A model generated the notes under the pieces. The model was not told the DNA's origin. It saw only the letters and a list, made by a program, of their open reading frames with translations, and ran no database searches. A DNA stretch of 58,074 nt. Origin: a virus (lineage: Duplodnaviria > Caudoviricetes). Below, piece after piece: positions 29,228 through 37,683 of the stretch (position 1 is its first letter; each line of letters begins with the position of its first letter). The stretch lies in the IMG/VR virus record IMGVR_UViG_3300011337_000184, positions 1 through 58,074 of that record; one strand, 5' to 3'. The translations under genes and the position numbers were made by a program.

Positions 29228-31002
29228 TAACGCGGGTCAACAGGATCGTCGCTGTAAAACTCAACAAGGTTTCTTGTCGTGAATATGAGGTTCGTTGTGT
29301 CAAATGTAATCGTGATCACGCCGCCAGCGCTAATCGTAACGCTGTCAATTGAAATGCCTTCAGTTGAGGCAACGGCATATGAAACGGCATTTGCTGATGT
29401 GGTGCTACTTGACATCACCATTGTTAACTGGGTGTGATCGGTATCAGCGTAGCCTCCAGATTGGTTTCTAAATCCGCCGATAAACACCCGCATATTGATG
29501 TAGTTACTATTGATAAAATCGCTCATGTTAATTGCAAGCGTGTGATTATTTAAATTATCTCCTGCTGGAGTGTACGTCAGCAGGCTGCTTGGTAGGATTG
29601 ACCAGCCCTTGTAGAACAAAGGCTCGTTCGCTGCATCCAAGTTATCCGTGCTAAATGAGTCAACACCACTGATTGTTGATTTGATTGCGCCAACATCACT
29701 ATTGTAGTAAGAAAATGAAACCCCAGACAGGTTTTGAGTTCCAACATATCTTCCACCAAAAATAAAGTTGAAGGCATCTGTGATTGCGACAGATTCGCCA
29801 CCAACAATGTCAACAAAATGCCCCCCAATATAGGTGTTCTGCCTGCCATTTGAGGCTACTAATGATTTACCACCATTACCTTCAATATTGATGTTAAGAA
29901 ATGTGTTGTAGTTGTTCTCAGCGCTGCCGCCTGGGCCAGTGAAGGGGCTGACGACCCAGCCATCGCCACCATTAGAAACGCTAGCTGGTGAAATCCAAGT
30001 AGTCGCATTCATAAATGAGCGGTCTGCTATAGCAGTTCCGTCCCAATAAAAACCTTTATTATTATTAAGTACCGACGATAGCTGATTGAAGGTTGCGCGA
30101 GTAACCTGATAGTTGTTACCGTATGGAACGGATCGGGAAGATATTGTTGTGCTTGCCCCAGAAGTTCCACCCGTTACAGTTTCTGCAACGGTAAAGAAAC
30201 CAGCGGTTCCGCCCATATTACACTTAATCATGCGAAGAACATTTCCAGCAATACTCTCCACAACACCATTTTTGCCAGAAGTTCCACCCGTCACAGTTTC
30301 ACCAACTTGGAAACCAGCAGAACTTGCAACTGTTAAATACTGTCTGGATGAAACACCAAGGTAAAACCCATAAGAACCGCAATTTTTAGCAACGAGGTAT
30401 TCGTGGTATGCCCCCTGACCGCGAACGAAAACAAAGCCAGCGTCAGGCGCGCCATCAACAGTCAGTCCTGAAATTCCAGCGCCACCCTGCGCTATGACTG
30501 TGTTATCAACAACAGCGCCATCGCCAACAGTGCGGCATGGCACATAGTTTCCGCCAAAAGGCACGGACCACGGTTCGCTCAAGTGATATGAAGCTGGCGG
30601 AATTAACAAAGAATGGACATCATTGTCATTGCAATAAGTGGATGCTGCCAGAAACGCGGCGTAGTCATCCGTCACGCCATCACCGACAGCGCCGAATGCC
30701 TGAACATTTGCGGTCAAAGAATAAAGCTTAACCCCTCCAGCAGTCGTAAGGTGTTGATTTGTGGCACCAGAGGCCGCGACTTGATAGCTGAAATTTTCTG
30801 ATCGTGTCTGAATAATGTTACCAGCGGCAACGGTGTTGTTTGAGCCTGCGGTGTAAGTCAATGACGTATTTGCCAGCAAGGAAGTTACGTCAGACACAGA
30901 TTTTGCGTTCTGGGATTGCAGGACATTGATGTCGCCAGCGTTTCCGTTGAGAACTGCGCGAACACTTGAAAGCTGTTGACCATTATTGAAAGTTTGAGCC
31001 AT
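29227..31002 (-). CDS. Tailspike with pectate-lyase-like beta-helix (putative depolymerase)
   Basis: HLTTAGGVKLY, NVQAFGAVGDGVTDDYAAF; Asn/Gly-rich; ETVTGGTSG twice; AT-richer than flanks. Confidence 0.8.
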   Translation of the reverse strand: MAQTFNNGQQLSSVRAVLNGNAGDINVLQSQNAKSVSDVTSLLANTSLTYTAGSNNTVAAGNIIQTRSENFSYQVAASGATNQHLTTAGGVKLYSLTANVQAFGAVGDGVTDDYAAFLAASTYCNDNDVHSLLIPPASYHLSEPWSVPFGGNYVPCRTVGDGAVVDNTVIAQGGAGISGLTVDGAPDAGFVFVRGQGAYHEYLVAKNCGSYGFYLGVSSRQYLTVASSAGFQVGETVTGGTSGKNGVVESIAGNVLRMIKCNMGGTAGFFTVAETVTGGTSGASTTISSRSVPYGNNYQVTRATFNQLSSVLNNNKGFYWDGTAIADRSFMNATTWISPASVSNGGDGWVVSPFTGPGGSAENNYNTFLNINIEGNGGKSLVASNGRQNTYIGGHFVDIVGGESVAITDAFNFIFGGRYVGTQNLSGVSFSYYNSDVGAIKSTISGVDSFSTDNLDAANEPLFYKGWSILPSSLLTYTPAGDNLNNHTLAINMSDFINSNYINMRVFIGGFRNQSGGYADTDHTQLTMVMSSSTTSANAVSYAVASTEGISIDSVTISAGGVITITFDTTNLIFTTRNLVEFYSDDPVDPR

Positions 31003-31004
31003 GT

Positions 31005-31571
31005 TTAATCACTCCATATGTAGCTATCATCCCACAAGGATGCGTCATCCCATGGGTTTCTAAGGCTGGTCCCTGGAAATCCAACCTCTGGAACTTCAGT
31101 GTTACCATATGGCAAACCTGGGTCATTGTCACCTGGTGCATTTGGATCAGTGCCAGGGAAGTTATTAAGGCTGCCATTTGCAAAACCCGTCTGCTGTGTG
31201 ACACGCGGGTCATTATTTTCGGTAATGCGGGTGTCACCATCTGGCACCATCAGGCCAGTTTTGAGGTTCATGGTCGCAGGCAGGCTTGTCAGACGGTAAT
31301 TTGTCTCAGCGCGCTCAAACTGCTCTGGGCGCGGGTTCAGGATCGGCACGGGGTCTGCGGGCAGCACAATTGCGCGAAGCTGTTGCTGCGGGTTATCCGT
31401 GCAGTGATTGCACACCAAAATGCGCTTGTTGATAATAGAAGCACCAGCCCAGTCATACTGCCACGACAGGCTTGAATGGTTGTATCGGCCACCGCAGCGA
31501 TCACAAATAGCGTGCGCCTGCGGGTTGGTCCGCGACGTTCTCGCCTTACCTGATCTCGATGCGTATCCCAT
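31005..31571 (-). CDS. Conserved tail-region protein with CxxC...CxxC
   Basis: AICDRCG...VCNHC.D.PQ...NPRPE. Confidence 0.7.
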   Translation of the reverse strand: MGYASRSGKARTSRTNPQAHAICDRCGGRYNHSSLSWQYDWAGASIINKRILVCNHCTDNPQQQLRAIVLPADPVPILNPRPEQFERAETNYRLTSLPATMNLKTGLMVPDGDTRITENNDPRVTQQTGFANGSLNNFPGTDPNAPGDNDPGLPYGNTEVPEVGFPGTSLRNPWDDASLWDDSYIWSD

Positions 31572-32251
31572 TACCTAAAATAACCCCCCACCATTGGTGA
31601 GATGAACATGCCGACGTTCTCGACGTTCTGGTTGGACGCGATGTTGTAGCTTTCATCAGCCTGACCCTTGAGTGGCACGGCCAGTTGCGGGTTCCAGATG
31701 CGCGCCAGTCGGTATGTCAGGCCGTCAGCAAATGCCTCCAGCCACAAATAGGGAATTTCTACATTTTCGCCATTCTGCAGGTTTGAGTCCTGAATTTGGC
31801 GGACGCGGTAATACTTCAGGATCGTGGCTGACGTGCCATCAGGGACGGGCCACAACGTGATTGTGGGCGAGATCAGGCGATCATACCAAAAGGACGTGGT
31901 GAAGCCCTGCTGATCCTTGTTGGGGTACGAGGCGTACTCCGTGCGGCTGATTGGCATAATAATGCGGTCAATGCCCTGATCAGTGGTGGTGTAGGCGTCA
32001 AGGATCATCACGGTGTTTGGCTGGACCGCATATGTGGATTGCCCCTCGACCAGCGCCGTGGTGATCAGATCGACCGCCCACAGGTTGACCCCCTGATTTG
32101 ACCAGCGGGACAGCATCATGTTCGTCGCCATGCGGGCGGTATCCATATGCTCCTGCAACAATGCCGTCGGGCGAATGCCCAAATTCATATATGCATAAAG
32201 CACGATCTCGCCCAGACCTGGGTTGAATGTATATGTGCCGCTGGTGGTCAT
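31571..32251 (-). CDS. Head-tail connector / adaptor-like protein
   Basis: MTTSGTYTF, W.N.G.NLW, ISRTEYASYPNK, LWPVPD. Confidence 0.7.
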   Translation of the reverse strand: MTTSGTYTFNPGLGEIVLYAYMNLGIRPTALLQEHMDTARMATNMMLSRWSNQGVNLWAVDLITTALVEGQSTYAVQPNTVMILDAYTTTDQGIDRIIMPISRTEYASYPNKDQQGFTTSFWYDRLISPTITLWPVPDGTSATILKYYRVRQIQDSNLQNGENVEIPYLWLEAFADGLTYRLARIWNPQLAVPLKGQADESYNIASNQNVENVGMFISPMVGGYFR

Positions 32252-32254
32252 TGC

Positions 32255-32506
32255 TTAACACTTCCATGCTTTGAGAGACAGCGCCTTGCGTGTTGGTTTG
32301 CCGTTGTCATCCTTCATCGGGCCTTCCATGCCAGACATTCTAGCACAGAAAGACTTCTTCCTTGAAGCGTCTTTTTCAGTCTTTGGGTTTGGCGCTGGCG
32401 GCTTCAGGTTCATGCCCTGGGCCTTGGCCGACGCACGCCCCTTTGCATTTAGTCCGCCCTTTGGGTCTTTCCCTTCAGCGCGTTGCCATGCGGGTGTCTT
32501 TGCCAT
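32255..32506 (-). CDS. DUF6321-like basic small protein
   Basis: PAWQRAEGK.PKGGLNAKGRAS...RKKSFCARM...LKAWKC. Confidence 0.75.
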   Translation of the reverse strand: MAKTPAWQRAEGKDPKGGLNAKGRASAKAQGMNLKPPAPNPKTEKDASRKKSFCARMSGMEGPMKDDNGKPTRKALSLKAWKC

Positions 32507-32814
32507 TACCGAATACCAGCTTGCACGATGTACGCCGTAACCGTGCCGCTGCCAGACGTGATGTTGATGGACAGCGCGTGGTGAGGCACGGTGATCGAGC
32601 CATTGGTGGATGCGGTCTTGGCCGAGAATCCAGCATCAACAGCCCACACAGATGGGGTCACCACTGACGGGTCATCCATCGAAATCTCAATGTTGAAGGT
32701 GGCCGTTCCAGTCACAACAGTGACGAGGCCGACGTTGAATGGATTTTGGAAACTGTCAGATGCGATGACCGCGCTCCGCCCAGTGCCAGTTTTTGAAATT
32801 GTGACGGGGGTCAT
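32506..32814 (-). CDS. Small beta-rich structural protein
   Basis: AGGAG RBS; coupled to next gene. Confidence 0.65.
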   Translation of the reverse strand: MTPVTISKTGTGRSAVIASDSFQNPFNVGLVTVVTGTATFNIEISMDDPSVVTPSVWAVDAGFSAKTASTNGSITVPHHALSINITSGSGTVTAYIVQAGIR

Positions 32815-32833
32815 CGTATTCTCCTATGGGATT

Positions 32834-32853
32834 GAGGGGCCGCAAGGCCCCTC
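32834..32853. terminator. GC hairpin (terminator or RNA-processing site)
   Basis: GAGGGGCC-GCAA-GGCCCCTC. Confidence 0.5.
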
Positions 32854-32855
32854 TG

Positions 32856-33044
32856 TTACTTTGCTTTTGCGGCTGCTGCCGACATCAATGGCATACCATA
32901 CACGCCTTGGCCACCCATGACGGTGCGGCTGCCAGTTGGATTATGCGGGGTGCAATCTTCGGTGACCGAAGGCTTGCCCGCATCGACCGATTTGTCGATG
33001 GTCATCGAGGGTTTTTTGTTCCCAACGCGGATGCCCTTTTCCAT
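32856..33044 (-). CDS. Hypothetical protein
   Basis: TAATG coupling. Confidence 0.55.
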   Translation of the reverse strand: MEKGIRVGNKKPSMTIDKSVDAGKPSVTEDCTPHNPTGSRTVMGGQGVYGMPLMSAAAAKAK

Positions 33045-33496
33045 TATGCGAGATCGTGCGCTTGGATGTAACGGACGGTCAGCGTGCCAACGCCAGCGCC
33101 AGTATTGGCCGACTTGACAAAGATGCGCTTGTCGGCGGTGCCAGTATCATCCCAGTTTGCGGTGCGCGTTGCGTCCGTGCCAGGGTTAAGACTAACAAGG
33201 CCAACAGGCATAGCGGTCAGGGCCACCAGTTCGGTCGCGGTTGCCGTGGTGCCAACGCTCAGGGTGTTCGTCGCATCCCATGCCACGGTGTTGAGCATCT
33301 GGATGTTCAAGATGTGGCTGTTGTCTGGCAGAACGATGGTTGTACCAAGTGCGGTGGCGGTCAAAGCTTGGGTGATTGGATAGGTCTGAACCATGACAAC
33401 CGAGCCAACGTTCTTCACGTTTTGGCCCAGCGTGGTTCCAGAGGTCTGGAGGATGTCGCCCGCACGAATCGGGCCAGTGAACGTAGTCTTACCCAT
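33044..33496 (-). CDS. Putative capsid decoration/minor head protein
   Basis: MGKTTFTGPIRAG N-terminus; beta-rich; directly downstream of MCP; AAAGGA RBS. Confidence 0.6.
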   Translation of the reverse strand: MGKTTFTGPIRAGDILQTSGTTLGQNVKNVGSVVMVQTYPITQALTATALGTTIVLPDNSHILNIQMLNTVAWDATNTLSVGTTATATELVALTAMPVGLVSLNPGTDATRTANWDDTGTADKRIFVKSANTGAGVGTLTVRYIQAHDLA

Positions 33497-33576
33497 GTCG
33501 GGTTCCTTTGCACAATGAGCCACTCTGTCTGTGCAAAGTCCGCTGGGCGCGGTCAGGGTGGCAATTAGACCCAGAA
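33497..33576 (-). ncRNA. Pseudoknotted structured RNA downstream of capsid gene (candidate Mu-gpT-DE-like element)
   Basis: Three interleaved pairings: CUGGG/CCCAG, GCCACCCUG/CAGAGUGGC, CUUUGCACA/UGUGCAAAG. Confidence 0.6.
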
Positions 33577-33603
33577 AGAGAAAAAGGGGGCCGAAGCCCC
33601 CTT
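33577..33603 (-). terminator. Intrinsic terminator after major capsid gene
   Basis: AAGGGGGC-TTCG-GCCCCCTT followed by TTTCTCTTT. Confidence 0.85.
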
Positions 33604-33613
33604 AAACTTTGGC

Positions 33614-34525
33614 TTAGGTTGGGAACGAGCCGAAGATCGAGCGCCAGTTGTAGTATCCAAAAGAATACCGCTCATAGCCTTTTACCAGCAAGTTATCTGT
33701 CACGAAATCCACTTGCATGTCGCTTTCAAACTTCACACGCTCCATGTACGACAGGCCGTCGATGTTGGTCAGCAAAAACCATGCGCCAGTCGAGGTCAGA
33801 TAGTCGTTGACCATATAACCCTCTGGCAGGCCACCAGCGGTGGACATGATTGCGTTGACATCGTTGTCTGCCGTGCCAGGGCGCAGTTCGGTCTTCAACA
33901 GACGAATTGCAACTGGTTCCAACTGTGGCGGAACAACCAGCTTGCGGCCACGGGCGAAGACCTTCAGGCCAGCCTGATCGCGGAAGTTGGTACGAATCGA
34001 GATCATGCCGTTCAGCAGGGTTGCCTCGTTTAGTTCCACATCGGTCGTGGGTTTGTTTGCGACCGTGCCACCGTCAATTGGGTGTGCGGTAGAAATTAGG
34101 GCCACGCCGTCACCGCCGATAGAACTGTTATAGGTCGTAGCGGTGTTTAGGATGTTTGCGCCGTAGATTTCCTTGGTCTGTTGGAACGATTCCACCAAGC
34201 CCAAGTTCGACGGAGCAAATTGTGTTTTGTACAGGTTGTCGTCAATGGCTTTGCGGGTGATCGCGTAGCCCAAGCCGATTTCCGTGTGTTCTTGGTTGTA
34301 GATGAAACGCTCACCCGCACCATTGTCGAAGGACGTTTGACCGCCTTCAGTCTTCAACTGTGCAAAACCCAAGAAACGCATTTCTGCGGTGCGCTCAAGC
34401 GCCATCTTGGAATTGTGCTTCGTAAAGATTTTGTCGTACTGAGATGGGATCATCTCGTACTTGCCTTCAATGCCACGCAAGCCTGGCAGAAGAAGGTCTT
34501 TGATTGCTGATAGATTTACAGCCAT
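33614..34525 (-). CDS. Major capsid protein (Mu gpT-like, HK97 fold)
   Basis: LLPGL, KTEG, LGYAIT.KAIDDNLY, DGVAL...AHP, LVVPPQL, YLT...AWFL, ERYSFG; strong terminator follows. Confidence 0.9.
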   Translation of the reverse strand: MAVNLSAIKDLLLPGLRGIEGKYEMIPSQYDKIFTKHNSKMALERTAEMRFLGFAQLKTEGGQTSFDNGAGERFIYNQEHTEIGLGYAITRKAIDDNLYKTQFAPSNLGLVESFQQTKEIYGANILNTATTYNSSIGGDGVALISTAHPIDGGTVANKPTTDVELNEATLLNGMISIRTNFRDQAGLKVFARGRKLVVPPQLEPVAIRLLKTELRPGTADNDVNAIMSTAGGLPEGYMVNDYLTSTGAWFLLTNIDGLSYMERVKFESDMQVDFVTDNLLVKGYERYSFGYYNWRSIFGSFPT

Positions 34526-34536
34526 TTCCTATCTCC

Positions 34537-35490
34537 TTACATGCCAGCGAAGTTGCGAGGCATCGCGTTGTTAAATCCGACTACGATCTTGTTGTAGCCA
34601 GCGGTTGCATCGTTGCCATTGATACCCGACAGTGGCGAAGATTGTCCTGGCAGGTAGTTTTGGATTGCGATGATGCGGAACGGCAGGAACGAGTTTGCAC
34701 CCGTCACGCCAGCCGAGGACAGCGTGAACTGGTCAGCAAACATGTCAGACAATCCCGTAGCGGTATTGCCGTTTGTCTCGCCAGTGGTGACGCTGTCATT
34801 CCACGCAAAGCCGATGTTCTCGCCAACGTTAGCTTGACCAACAGCGGTTGCGGTGGTGTTTGAGTTGCCAGTCTGCACCGAGAAACGAGCGTTTGGATCG
34901 GTGATGACGTAGGCTTCAACATCGTTTGCGGTGTCGGAGCCTGGCCAGTAGTTCGACCACACGGTGCGCTTTTGGGCGACCGACAGGTATTTGCAACCAG
35001 CAAACACGCCAGCAACTGGGGTATAGACTGTGACAACAGGAGTTGAGGTTGCCGAAGTTGCAGCGGTAGTGGTGGTGCTTTGGACAACAGCGGTCGTCGA
35101 GGTGGACGAGATGACCGTGAAGGCACCGTTTGGAACACCAGTTGCGTTCGTCACAACAATCGTCGAACCCACTGGGGGCGCGTAGTTTGTTGAGGCAAAG
35201 GTTGGGATGTTGGCGGTTGAACTTGCAATCGCGGTGTAGGTGATCGTCATCGCGCCAGTGGCGACGGTGGCAATACCAGTTGCAGACACGGTCAAGGTGA
35301 CGGGGCTGACGGCCTGCGCGATGTAGCCAGTACCCACGCCAGTGGCGTTGGTGGCCTGCATCACAGGGTCATTGAAGAAAATTGGTGTTGTATTGGTTGA
35401 CGCAATGGCAGCGCACGTCTGCTCATAGGTCGGAGCGGAACCAGTACCTGAGTACTGGGCAAAGCCGTTTGGCGCAAATGTATTCGCCAT
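34537..35490 (-). CDS. Capsid-associated protein (cement/decoration-like)
   Basis: MANTFAPNGF...IFFNDPV...GVFAGCKY...VITDPN; directly upstream of MCP. Confidence 0.6.
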   Translation of the reverse strand: MANTFAPNGFAQYSGTGSAPTYEQTCAAIASTNTTPIFFNDPVMQATNATGVGTGYIAQAVSPVTLTVSATGIATVATGAMTITYTAIASSTANIPTFASTNYAPPVGSTIVVTNATGVPNGAFTVISSTSTTAVVQSTTTTAATSATSTPVVTVYTPVAGVFAGCKYLSVAQKRTVWSNYWPGSDTANDVEAYVITDPNARFSVQTGNSNTTATAVGQANVGENIGFAWNDSVTTGETNGNTATGLSDMFADQFTLSSAGVTGANSFLPFRIIAIQNYLPGQSSPLSGINGNDATAGYNKIVVGFNNAMPRNFAGM

Positions 35491-35510
35491 GCGGAAATCT
35501 CCTTTACAGG

Positions 35511-35575
35511 AGGTCTATTTCGCGCACCGAGGCGATTTAGGACCAAAGGTTTATTGGGCCTCCCCGCCGAGGGGA
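35511..35575 (-). promoter_or_regulatory. Twin hairpins with shared CCTCGGYG loop in leader of capsid operon
   Basis: TCCCCTCGGCGGGGA and GGTCCTAAATCGCCTCGGTGCGCGAAATAGACC. Confidence 0.45.
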
Positions 35576-35612
35576 TGGATAAAAACACCATATAGCTATT
35601 TTTGAGATAAGT

Positions 35613-35638
35613 AAAGGGGGCGACCTGAGCCGCCCCAC
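35613..35638 (-). terminator. Intrinsic terminator
   Basis: GGGGCGGC-TCAG-GTCGCCCC then CTTTACTTAT. Confidence 0.65.
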
Positions 35639-35653
35639 CTTAGAAAACTATTA

Positions 35654-36184
35654 TCACTCTGGGATGGGCATGGCTTCATACCCCTTCTTGATCTTTGTCA
35701 TCTCGTTGCCCTTGTTGGAGCGTTCAAACTCACCTGGCTTGGCCGCAGACAGTTGCTCTTCCTTGGCGCGGACCTGCAGCCGTGCGCGGCGGTTCTCAAT
35801 GGCGCGTGCCTCTTCCGTGATAACCAGTGGCCGCTCCATCAGCACCATCCCCTTGCGGATGATCATGGTGCCAGTGTAGCCCAGCGGCATCATCTCAGGG
35901 TGACGTGACGCTGGCACAATCTCCCATCCCTTACGGGCCAGAGCAACTTGGTGTGCGGGGTCTTCAGCGCCAAGGACTGTCCACATTTTCCACTCGTATG
36001 ACCACTCATCTGGGATGATGCCACGCTCAACAAAAAACTCGTCGCTCCCGCTGTCTGTGTTGCTGTGGTTTTGGAGTTCAGCAGCACGCGCCGCCGCATC
36101 CCGTGGTTTTTCCTTGGTCACCATAGCGGGCCTCACACTTGGGCGTACAAGCTTTGCCGCCTTTTGAAATTCATCATCGCTCAT
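35654..36184 (-). CDS. Conserved head-module protein
   Basis: IPDEWSYEW...GWEIVPASRHPE...GMVLMERP; between scaffold and capsid genes. Confidence 0.65.
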   Translation of the reverse strand: MSDDEFQKAAKLVRPSVRPAMVTKEKPRDAAARAAELQNHSNTDSGSDEFFVERGIIPDEWSYEWKMWTVLGAEDPAHQVALARKGWEIVPASRHPEMMPLGYTGTMIIRKGMVLMERPLVITEEARAIENRRARLQVRAKEEQLSAAKPGEFERSNKGNEMTKIKKGYEAMPIPE

Positions 36185-36996
36185 CTGATTTTACCTTCCT
36201 TGATAAGTGCAATCTTGTGCTTGGCGTAGTCCTTTTCGTCCATGCCCATGTCAGACGCAGCCTCTCGCTCCGCCGCAGACAGCCTCACAGCATTCTTGTT
36301 GCCATTGCTGGTGCCACGGCTCACAGGTGCCGCCGCAGGTGCCGCATCGCGACGCTGCGTGACCTTGGCGGCATACTGGTCGCCCGTGTCGTTTGTCTGT
36401 TTTGCCACGCCCAGCTTTGCCTCAATGGCCGCAAAGTACGCGGGGGTGTCAACGGAGATACCATCGTCAACCGCGTCCTCATGTGCGCGGATCATTTTGC
36501 GATTTAGGCGCGGGTCAGTGACAAATTGTGGATTCCTGCGGACCCAGTTGGCAGATGTGGACGACAGACGTGACGCAAACGCCTCAACGGGGTCTGCGGG
36601 GACGTATTGAGGCTCTGGCGTCTTGGGCTTGGAGTTCATTGCCTCCAGACCGTTGCGAAGCTGCTGCAATTGAGCGGCTTTTTCGCCCATCAACTGCTGA
36701 ATCTCAGCTATGCCATCGTAATCCTGATTGTGCATGGCAATTTTTAGGTTGCTTTTCAAGATTTCATTGTCACGCATCACGCTGTCAATGGCACTGGACA
36801 CCAATTGGATTTCAGTGTCGTCTTTTTCGCTGTTTGCGGCATGCGCACGCCGTTCCGCAGCAACGCGGGCCTCGCGTTCGGCGGTAATTTGACGCTTCAG
36901 TTCAGAAATTGACTCCTGAAGGTCGGGAACTAGCGCTTCCTCGACCTCAGTTTCGGGCGCATCGTCAACAATGATCTCGATTTCTTCTTCATCCAT
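36181..36996 (-). CDS. Putative scaffolding protein
   Basis: Acidic coiled coil; W..RNP.F; C-terminal VRLSAAEREAASDMGMDEKDYAK. Confidence 0.7.
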   Translation of the reverse strand: MDEEEIEIIVDDAPETEVEEALVPDLQESISELKRQITAEREARVAAERRAHAANSEKDDTEIQLVSSAIDSVMRDNEILKSNLKIAMHNQDYDGIAEIQQLMGEKAAQLQQLRNGLEAMNSKPKTPEPQYVPADPVEAFASRLSSTSANWVRRNPQFVTDPRLNRKMIRAHEDAVDDGISVDTPAYFAAIEAKLGVAKQTNDTGDQYAAKVTQRRDAAPAAAPVSRGTSNGNKNAVRLSAAEREAASDMGMDEKDYAKHKIALIKEGKIR

Positions 36997-37008
36997 GTCT
37001 TTTCACCT

Positions 37009-37398
37009 TTAATAAACAGAATCTGGGTGGGGGGCGCGGCCTTTGATGCTGATGTCATCAAAAATACGGCACAAAACGCCATTTACGGTAATCGACCAGC
37101 CGTCGGACGGGCGGAAAATCAGCCATTCGTGGTCTTGGAACGTCATTCCCGTGAACCAGTTGCCATCCTGCTCAAATGCAAGAGGCCCGCGCTTGACCAA
37201 AAGGCCAACTTTGGACTGGTATTTGTCCTCGTCAAGGTGATCCGCCGTCAGGATCAGCCCTGATTTTGTTTTCTCTGGCCGAAGATACACGGCCAAAAGC
37301 ACTTGGTTGTGAAAAAGTTCAATTTCGGAGATGTCACCAAGTTGATCAAGCAGCTTTTGTGTGGGGTCTTCTTCATGGCTCATGGGCATATGTGGCAT
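37009..37398 (-). CDS. groES: Phage co-chaperonin GroES-like protein
   Basis: VLLAVYLRPEKTKSGLIL...VGLLVKRGPLAF...CRIFDD. Confidence 0.75.
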   Translation of the reverse strand: MPHMPMSHEEDPTQKLLDQLGDISEIELFHNQVLLAVYLRPEKTKSGLILTADHLDEDKYQSKVGLLVKRGPLAFEQDGNWFTGMTFQDHEWLIFRPSDGWSITVNGVLCRIFDDISIKGRAPHPDSVY

Positions 37399-37407
37399 GT
37401 CTAATCC

Positions 37408-37614
37408 TTACATAGTCTTGTTAATAGTAGTGGATACCTCTTCGCATAAAGAGATAACCTCATCGAGCGCGGAAATCTTTCCGACCGCCTCACGATATTC
37501 CTCAATGGTCTTTATAGCAAGGCCGCCAGCCATGTTGCCAACGATGTCCGCCCTGCGTTCCATGATAAGTTTGATGAGTTCGCGCTCAAACGCGGTGCTG
37601 ATGGTCGTGATCAT
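37408..37614 (-). CDS. Small conserved helical head-module protein
   Basis: EEYREAVGKISAL; between portal region and GroES. Confidence 0.65.
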   Translation of the reverse strand: MITTISTAFERELIKLIMERRADIVGNMAGGLAIKTIEEYREAVGKISALDEVISLCEEVSTTINKTM

Positions 37615-37637
37615 ATGTAATCCTAATCTATTTGGGT

Positions 37638-37662
37638 GGGGGCCAGTATTTAGCTGGCCCCC
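37638..37662. terminator. GC hairpin
   Basis: GGGGGCCAG-N7-CTGGCCCCC. Confidence 0.5.
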
Positions 37663-37683
37663 GTAAGCTGTGGGAGGTGCAGC

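Noticed and set aside
37009-37398. Phage GroES as a novelty
   Set aside because: Phage co-chaperonins in head modules are already known (for example T4 gp31); listed as a feature only
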